From NCBI GenBank assembly GCA_002269645.1, contig NIVC01002800.1:38194-102193 (forward strand): a DNA stretch of 64,000 bases, written 5' to 3'. The position numbers and the translations under genes were made by a program. The stretch comes from Macrostomum lignano (lineage: Eukaryota). Every line of letters begins with the position of its first letter. Positions within the stretch are counted from its first letter, which is position 1. Of this stretch, positions 55,330-64,000 are shown in pieces. The notes beneath the pieces are model-generated. The model worked only from the letters and a program-made list of their open reading frames with translations. It did not search any database and was not told the DNA's origin.

Positions 55330-57855
55330 CTCTAGATGGACTTAATATAAAACGATTGCTTTTTAGCTCGTGCAGTCATCGGGACTTGACGAGCGTCTAT
55401 TTATTTTTCTTGCTTAAAATACTACTCGAAATAATTAATCATAATTTACGCATCCCGTGCAATCGAAAGTTTGAAAGGCATATTAACGCAGTTGAGTTAT
55501 AAACGGCAAAAACGACACAACTCCCAGACCTTATCAGATTCGGTGATTTCAAGGCTTTCAGATTTACATTTTTCTTAACATGAATTGAGAACGTTTTCTC
55601 CCTTATTCTATTCGTTCATTCACGGGGCTAGGCGTGAATGGGAACCTGTGATTGTACTTCGTAAAGCTCTGTCGTGTCACGGTCACTGCCTGCCTGTCTC
55701 TTGTGATCTAGCTATAGGATAAGGCAGGAAATTCGTGACTTTCTTTCCCTTCCCTCATTGAGTTTTCTGTCTGTTGTGTGCTCATTCTATTTATGTACGC
55801 GCAGCTATAGTTTTTAGAACTGAGTCCTTACTCGCCCGAGTCGTGACTTCTTTCTTCTCAGTCCCGACTTCCAAGACGGCTATCGGGGCTGTGGCATGCG
55901 GGATTAGAAAGGGATTAAAAGGATAAGCCGGCCGCTCAATAACCACTAACCAGTGTGAGGGTGGACTGTGTAGCTAATCTATGTGTGGCGTAAGTACGTA
56001 CCTTAGAATAGCGTTCAGTACATTGCGATGTACATCAGACAGAATGAACAGCCTGCCCAAGCCTCAGCTGTCTCAGCTGCTAGTGTAAAAAGTACAGTCA
56101 AGCTGGTGTTCAGCACTTCCAGAAATAAATGCACTTTTCTGTAGGAAAATGTCAGCTGCTGGCTTCTCAAAGTGTTTTTAATTTTTCCAGGCTTGTAGCT
56201 CTTACCCTTTTCTTTGAAAAAAGCCGGCCTTTCCTGTAAGCTGTAAGTTCCTTCCTTAGTGCATGCATAATTCTCGGATCCTTCCCTTAGTCAACATTTC
56301 TATATCCTCACTGTTCAACGTTTTAGTTATTTATCTGGCCAACTCAATGCTTAAATTCAACTCAACCCACTCTCCTTAATTCCACAGCAACATACAAACC
56401 GTTGCCAATCCCAAATTCGCGTATCTACGAGTAAAAAACTAAATGTGTGGCGTGGGACCGTGCCTTAACAAGTTATAATATGCCGATGCACATACAAACT
56501 TTAAAAAACCCATCATATATTTTAAATTTCAGTGAAAATATAAAACGCTATTAATTCTGTTCTGAAGTTAGCTAGCTGCTATTATGGCCTTGCCATGTCA
56601 CGTGCCGAATGCAAGCTTAACGACCTTCCTATGCTAGGCTTTCTAGCTTGCATTCATTTTCTTTCCTCGATTTCACTTCACCGTGGAGTTTTAAATCTAA
56701 TAATCTGGCTGCAACAACAGCCTACTAAACTACTAAATTGTTTCAAATTGTTTGCCTAAATGTATCGGTGTAAACAAATAATTAGTATTAATGCGCCAAG
56801 GATTAAGGATTTAAGGTTGTTCAAATCTCCTCATTTCAAAAATAGGAAAAATCTGACTGCTAATCTATTCAGAATAACCAAATTTCTACTCCAAATTCTA
56901 GATTTAAAACTCCATGGCTTTAACTGAGCTTGTGTTTCTCTGTCTCTCTCAGCTGGTGTACAGCCCTATCCGACCTTAAACCATCAACCCAACCCCTCCT
57001 CTCCCCCGGCCCCGCCTTGTCAAGGCCCGCGACTATGGGGGAGGCAAAGTAAGAAAATAAGCGTGGTGTCACGTGAGGAGCGCGCAATCCCCCACCCGCC
57101 CCAAATATTTTTGGCTCTGGCGAATGCACATTTCAGGCGCACGCACATCTGCCACTCGCAGGCCCCAGTCTACACACCGAACTAAAAACAGCACAAGCTA
57201 CTGGACCTAATTGTATTGAGCCACTGGGCCAACAAGCAGCACAAGTAGAACACACCCACACACACCACGTACAGCCAGCGGGCCGGCAGGTGGCCTTAGC
57301 CTTTAGCTTATCTTGCAGAAATCGCTGGCCGCTTTTCTTTCAATTACAATAGCAAGCGCTGAACAAGTTAAAACTTACAAACAACAATTAACAATTCCGA
57401 AATTATGATAATGGAGTAGCTCGTGCTTTCTAAATCTTAATATTCACAATTCGCACTAGTCGAGTTCCATTTCAATTTTCCACTCAATTCCTATGCAGCC
57501 ACAACTTTGCCATTTACTCCTGTCATATACTCCACTATACTACTAAACTGACTACTGCTGTACTCTCGTGCAGCTGAACTGAACTGACTGTACTACAGAC
57601 AGTCTACAGTACTAGTAAGTTAGGTGAATATAGTAACCCATGGAAGGCTGGAAGCCTTTTTCCACTTCGCTCACAAAACGAACTGACTCTTGGAGTCCTG
57701 AGCTTCCCTGCCGGCCTAAGTAACCGCTCATTCAGCGTTATATTATGCCCCGGGACGCTACAAGTATGCTTTGCAATTGGCGGCGTTGTTTATGCTGATT
57801 GTAGTTAAGTCAAACTAACACCGACCTGAATTTCTAAATATTTAACCGCAAGGCT

Positions 57856-58005
57856 GGCTCATTCACAATGAGTGCACACTGCCATCAAATGAGCCACCAA
57901 ATCACAAATCACAACACGACCAATGTACAAAGGAAGCAAATTTGATGTACAAGTTGTGTGATCACACGAAATTTGGCCTTATTTGATGGCGGTGTGAACG
58001 AGGCT
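57856..58005. mobile_element. Possible small TIR element
   Basis: cacactgccatcaaatgagcc versus (reverse complement) cacaccgccatcaaataaggcc; terminal gtgtgaacgaggct resembles Harbinger-type MITE ends. Confidence 0.4.
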
Positions 58006-60151
58006 CTCTTTAGCTGTACATCTTATGTATGACCAGAGTAATGTGTACGAGGTACGAGCGTTGGTGTGGTTAACACTAATTCAGCTAGATTGGCGAAGTG
58101 GCAATGAATGATATATAATTACGCTTCGAATTGAAGCATTACTGATGTACCTCACTCTCTTCACGAGTTTGCTTCGCTGTGAATTACTCAATTATGAGCT
58201 CAGTTTATGTACATACATATGCACGATAGCATTGAGCTATTATTTAGGTCACTGATAATTTAAGAGCACTGCATTTGACCTCCAACTCTTTAAATCCTCT
58301 TCCAACTGAACCCCGATAAGCCTTTTGATCTTTTACATGTACGGTAAGTTTTTAACAACATGTACATATTATTAATATATGTAGAAAATATATACGTAGA
58401 AAATCCATTCTAAATCAAGCCAAATTTGTAAATCCTGCTTATCGATTCCACCTAAAGTATGCCAGTGCCAGATGAAGAGTCAGAATTTACTGAAGCCTTA
58501 ATAAAAAGTAATTAATTCTGGTTAATTTTCCTCATTGCGATTCACGAAATAAGTCAGTAACAGTAGTCAGTATAGTGAACTAGATATCAGCTGACTTTTC
58601 CAATTTAAATTAAAATACAAAATATTAAAACAAATACTTTGTGCAAACTCGTCAGACAGCTGTAAAAAGATATTGTTGTGTATAAAAAATGTTTCATATA
58701 TTTTATTTGCTCAAGTTATTTTTTATTTATGTATATTAAGCGGTTTTTTTAGACAAAGTAGATCCGAAAGCCCTATTTGAAAAGTATATAAAGGAAATTT
58801 CCCTACTTCGTCAGTGTAAATTATCAACTAATATCTGCTTACAGGCAAAACTGTGTTTCCTCAAATTTCGTACTGCTGTCAACATCTGGCAATAATATGT
58901 GAGGTAAGTTTGCGATCACAAAAGTTATTATTGATTTTGTTTTTAATTTGCCTTTTGATCGTTTTTAAGTCTTATGTTCATTTAGTTAAGCCCTCTTCAA
59001 CACTATGTGAATATCGTGCAAGAATATCAAGAACAAAATGGCGGTATTTTAATTTCACTACTTTCTTCGAAACGGAGACAGAGTTTTATTGACCTACTTA
59101 AAACTCCGATTGCCCATTGCTTGTTACGCAGTATAATTTTTACTATAATTTGCCAAATAAAATAAGTATGTGTAGCTGCTTCGTTTTTAACTTTCGATAT
59201 AATAACGTTGACTTATTGAAGCAAAAGGACATGTTCGATTACACTTTATTATCATAGACATAGGCTTTGACTATTGATACTTTACTGTGTAAAAGTCGAA
59301 CAACTGTCACTGTACGATAGTTATGCTTCTTAATTCAAACACCCATTTGCTACTACTACCACACCAAAGTGAGTCTTCCATTATAATTCTGTTGAATTCT
59401 CTGAGGCCTTGGCTTTAGTCGTTAGAGTATTAAAATGAATAATTGCTAGTTAAAAAAGTTCAATACTAATAGTACTACTACTACTACTACTATTGCCAGT
59501 TGCATAACTTGCAAGTGCAATTGGAGAGAAATGGCTTACTACATCAGGATGGATACTTTTCAATATCTTTGAGTATATTTGGCCTTGGCTCAAAAATTTT
59601 TGATTTTTTAGATTCTAGCTCTTTATTTTAGGTCTTTTTTTCGGATTTATAAAAAGAAGCTTTTAGCTTTTATTTATATACTTAATATAATATATAAAGT
59701 CATATTACTTATTTACTTATATACTAAATTAGTCAACTAAATTAGTCAACTTATGTGTCTATTAGATTTAGAGACATTATAATAAATGTATCATGATTTA
59801 AATAAATTTAATTCTTAAGCATAAAATAGACAGAGACCCAGGCAAAGGCAAAGACCCTAGGGGGTAGGGTGGTTGCCACCTCTTTTAGCAGAGACCTGAA
59901 AAAATGGGGACCTAGCACATTTTTGCAAAAATATAGAGCCATCCCTTTATCCCCCTTTAGCTTTGGGCCTTTACCTTCCAAAATCTATCCCTTAACAAAT
60001 TTGTGGTTTGCCACTGATCAAAGTAGGCCAGAAACTTTTTTTACAATACTTTGCTTTAAAATTGATAAAAGTTTTGATAAAAAGTTAAACTTTTGACTTG
60101 CCTACTATGAGTAGTCAGCATCGATTTTGAACTGTTGTCACTTATACAGGC

Positions 60152-62289
60152 ATGGAAAACTACAGCGCCTATTCCAACAGCAGACGCGGTGGCTGCACAA
60201 AATTTGAGCATCGCCACTGGCCCGGTGCACTCAGGCAGACCAGCTGGCCTGGCCGCGTTTCCAAGCAGCACCAGCAGCTGCAACAGCATCATATATCTGG
60301 GCCGCGCATTCTCCGACAACGGCGCGCCAATTCTTACAGCTCCGACCCGCTCAACCTGCGCTGGGTCGCCCAGGAGAGCCTCCGCCGGGAGCTGGCGGGC
60401 GAGTCGCCGATGCCGGGCGACAGCGCTTTGAATTCACCGGTGCTCGCCGATGCGTCTTCCTCTTCAGGTTTGTCGGTCGCCGAGGCAACGGCGGCGGCAT
60501 CTACAGCAGCGACAGTTGAAGCTGCGGCAGCCGAAGTGGCGACTGTGGCGCCGGCGCCTGCGTCCTGGCGACAGCGTCGAAGCTCCGCTGAGGCATCGGC
60601 CGCGGCAGTCGGCGCCTCCGGATCTGGTGGCCAGTTCAACAGGCAGCGATCGCTGAGCTTCAAGCGGCCGCCGCCGCACCGATTTGTGCCGGTCTATGGC
60701 AACTATCGGGCCTCGAGAAGGGGCGGCCTGAACATTGACCGGATGCAGGACGACCGCCTGCAGCTGCTGCAGCCCGATTGGTACACGGATAAGGAGGTGC
60801 GCGTCTGATGGGCTTCTCCTATCGCTTTCAAACTCCCCTTACACACCACACGGCCAGTGTCAATCGTCATTGTCAAATTGCTTTTTTAAGCGCCAGAATC
60901 GCCGAATTCAGGATGCCAAAATTACATGTAAAGTTGATGTGTCATCACACACGCCATACATGCGCAACCCCCCTGATTTACACTGGCGACTTACCCCTGG
61001 TCCACCACATTTTGGCCAGCAGTTGCGCATGTATGACACACTCTATGACACAAAAAATCTGGATTGTCGATGGTAGATTGACACAGCACAGATGTCATTA
61101 TTCCACACTTTAAATTTATTGCTATTGCAAAGGTAAGGAGGGGTGGATTATTATCTATATTATTATATATATTATAGATAATAAAGATGGGAAAGCAAGA
61201 ACGTGATGATTATGCGTACATAGGGTGACTGTAAATGGAATTATATACAATGTCACCCAATGTCGCTCACTTTCAACCAATGCTACTCACTGTCAATCAA
61301 TTGCGCAGGTGCTTGACATCGGCTGCAACGACGGCGTGTTCTCCCTAAAGATCGCCGAGGCCCTGAAGGTCCGCTCGCTCACCGGGTGGACATCGACGCC
61401 CAGCTGGTGGCTCAGCCCAGGCCAATCTGCGCCGGAAACTGACCGAAGCGGAGGAAGAGGCCCAGCTGCGCCGTCAGCTCGCTAGCGAAGGCTTCCCAAG
61501 CGTTGCTGACGCGCAAACTTCTGCTTCTTCTGTCGCGTCTTCTTCTGCTTCTGGTGTTGCCAATTCGTCGGCTTCAGTCTCCACAACTGCTGGCGGTTTT
61601 CCGCATAACGTGTCCTTTGTTACTGGCAACTACGTGCTTGAAAATGAGTCCCAATTAGCCAGCATCGAGGAGAACAAATACGACATCATCCAAGCGTTCA
61701 GCATCACCAAATGGATTCACCTCAACTGGGGCGATCGCGGTTTGAAATTATTTTTCAAGCGAGCATTTCGCGAGCTCAGACCGGACGGCAAGTTCATAGT
61801 TGAGCCGCAGCCGTACCAGACCTACAGGCGGCACCTGCTGTGCCCCGAGCATCGCCGCAACTACGCCTGCAATATTGAACTGCGGCCGGAGAGGTTCCGC
61901 GCCTATCTGGAACAGGAAGTCGGCTTTGCCCACATACTGGCCATCTCCGAGCAGGCAGCAGTGCCACGGATTCCAGCGCCCATTGCTTATGTGCAGCAAG
62001 CCGACGGTGTACACCAGCACCTCCCCTGTCCCTGGGACCGCTTGGCCAAATGCAGCAGCATCAGTTGCTCCAGCTACAGCGAGCTGACTCAGCCGACCGC
62101 CTATTCATGGACCATATGGCCGCGGCCTCGAGCACCACTGTGGACACGCCAAGGTCAATTCGTCTGCCCGAAGAGGTCGTCAGTCCCTTGTGGGAGGTCG
62201 ACGAGGAAACCGAGGACAACAATAATAATAATAATGCTGACGGCATTAGGGTCGTGGAATCGGCAGAACTCCCGGTTCAAGTTGGCTAA
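60152..62289 (+). CDS. MEPCE: 7SK snRNA methylphosphate capping enzyme (MEPCE/Bin3); exon 60152-60796 and exon 61309-~62289 carrying several frameshifts (pseudogene or assembly error)
   Basis: SDPLNL, YGNY, DDRLQLLQPDW, VLDIGCNDG (SAM motif I), VDID, FPHNVSFVTGNYVL, SITKWIHLNWGDRGLK, IVEPQP, LRPERF, VGF and GFQRP. The motifs are spread over three reading frames. Confidence 0.9.
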
Positions 62290-63919
62290 GTCGCATATAT
62301 TTGTTTGTCTTTTCATTCCTCATTTAAATTTAAACGAAAGGTTTACCTTTACTAATTAGCTGACGAGGAACAAGTGGATATACTCACGCCTTTTATCCGA
62401 AAGATTATATTAGATTTAGTCGAGTCCAGACTACACCCATCCTATCCGTTTAGGTTACAGTTAATTAACAATACTAAACTAATATTATAACTAAAATAAG
62501 GGAACCACCAATTCTTCTCTCTTATCTCCTCTGTTTTAAAAAAAACTGTTTATTATTATTAATTATCATTACAGTTGAATTTATAATTTTGGCATTGAAG
62601 AGACTTTTTATTATTTATTTAATTATTTTTTCTAGGAAAAAACACAAAAAATTACATTTGTTGAGTTTTTATTATTTAATTATTTATACTAACTTATTAA
62701 TTTTTAGACATTACACTTATTTATTTTTTATTTATTAATTATATTTAAAAACAAAATAAAAATATACACTTTTTAAAAACACCTTTTCAATGCATTTTTA
62801 TCATATTTTTAATCCTTTCATCTGTTTATTTATTTAATGAATTTCATTGCTTTCTAGGCGTCAGCTTTCACAAAGTTAACAGTAATAAAAGAATTAATAT
62901 GCGACAAAGCCCTTGAGACCAATCTTCATTTCCTTGAAATTATTGTAAAGAGCAAATTTCTTCAAGTCTTTTTTGCTTTTTTTCTTTTGTTGTAATTGAA
63001 CTGACTCGACTGGCTGACTCCGTGCTCGCTCCGTTTGCCTACTTGTCAGCGATGCCATCAGCAGAGTTTATGCAACTCCTTTTCCCAGGAAATGTCGAGT
63101 ATTAAAGAGTATTAATTAGCATTAGCTGGTGTAAATATGTTCGTCAAGTTTAGGAATTTAAAATCCCCTTACTAGCCCTATAATGTAATGTTGTTTTTTG
63201 TTACTATAGTCAACTGTTTTATATTTATTGCGATTTAACCCTGTCGTGAAAGTGCTTGAAATTTGCTCTAGATATTCTACAACTGCTACTGTTAGTAAGT
63301 ATTTTAGAATCTAATTCATCAGATACACACATGTCAATTAATCATCATTATTTAAAAAAAATGTGTTATAATCATCTAAGATAATTTTGACAGCCAAGAA
63401 AACGAATGAAGATTTTTTTAATTTTTGTTTTTTATTTAAACGACAGCAAAAGAATCACAAATTAAAAGAGCTATAGTCTTATAAAATAGGTACGTCATTA
63501 TAGTGTCGCAGAGGGTCGCATTTCAACTACTTGCATACTCGCACATACTGGTAGTGTATAGAAATTCCAAAAAGATTAAATTTGGTAATCAGCTGTAGCA
63601 CCTCCACATACGCGTTTTAACAGAAATTGTAAATTGAGATTTCAAGTAGGCAGTCATATAATTACAAGAAAAATATTGTTGACTTCAAAAAAATTGAAGC
63701 TACTGGTCAGTTAAGTAGTAAATAGTGAAAGTAAAAAACAGGTCTTGGTTTCCTGGAAACAACAATGCAGAAAAAAAGAATTTTTAAAAATCGATGTTTT
63801 CGTAAGCAAGCAGCTCGACATGATTAAAATGGATAAAACTACTGATTATTAAAAAAATGAGTAATAAGTTGAGTTGGGAGCACGAAATCTTGTTTTTGAG
63901 CAAAATATTTACCTTCGGT

Positions 63920-64000
63920 TGCAGATAGCAGTGAATGGGTTTTGCAGATAGCTGTGAAATGGCGTGTGCAGATAGCAGGTGAATGTGGGTTGCAGATAGC
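63920..64000. repeat. Start of another degenerate ~21-bp array (gcagatagc..gtgaa), truncated by the window edge
   Basis: gcagatagc occurs four times in 80 bp. Confidence 0.65.

Noticed and set aside
2994-62289. Functional gene cluster (INTS5 and MEPCE in snRNA/Pol II control; PSMG3 and USP in proteostasis)
   Set aside because: These are mixed housekeeping genes ~50 kb apart with no evidence of pathway-level clustering beyond chance.

Overview
Eukaryotic (metazoan) genomic DNA. GC- and Ala-rich internal exons, minisatellite-packed introns and acceptor sites just before start codons suggest a Macrostomum-like free-living flatworm; this is an inference. Nine spliced protein-coding genes were reconstructed by hand with phase-consistent junctions: FAM136A (5' truncated), INTS5, CDC7 and PSMG3 (+); an unrecognised ~273-aa gene and AGFG1 (-); PRKCSH, USP20/33 and a frameshifted MEPCE/Bin3 (+). 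About 19 of 23 inferred coding-region introns, and several UTR or intergenic gaps, each carry their own unrelated tandem array, mostly with 18-45 bp units. Several arrays appear built from the adjacent splice-site sequence, and some are full of decoy splice sites. All 8 genes whose 5' end is visible have a polypyrimidine-YAG acceptor 2-35 nt before the ATG, consistent with SL trans-splicing and operon-like clusters. Two AT-rich, array-free domains (27.2-33.7 kb and 53.5-63.9 kb) instead contain MITEs and a tRNA-derived CORE-SINE. There are no CRISPR arrays or rRNA genes, and most listed ORFs over the repeats are spurious.
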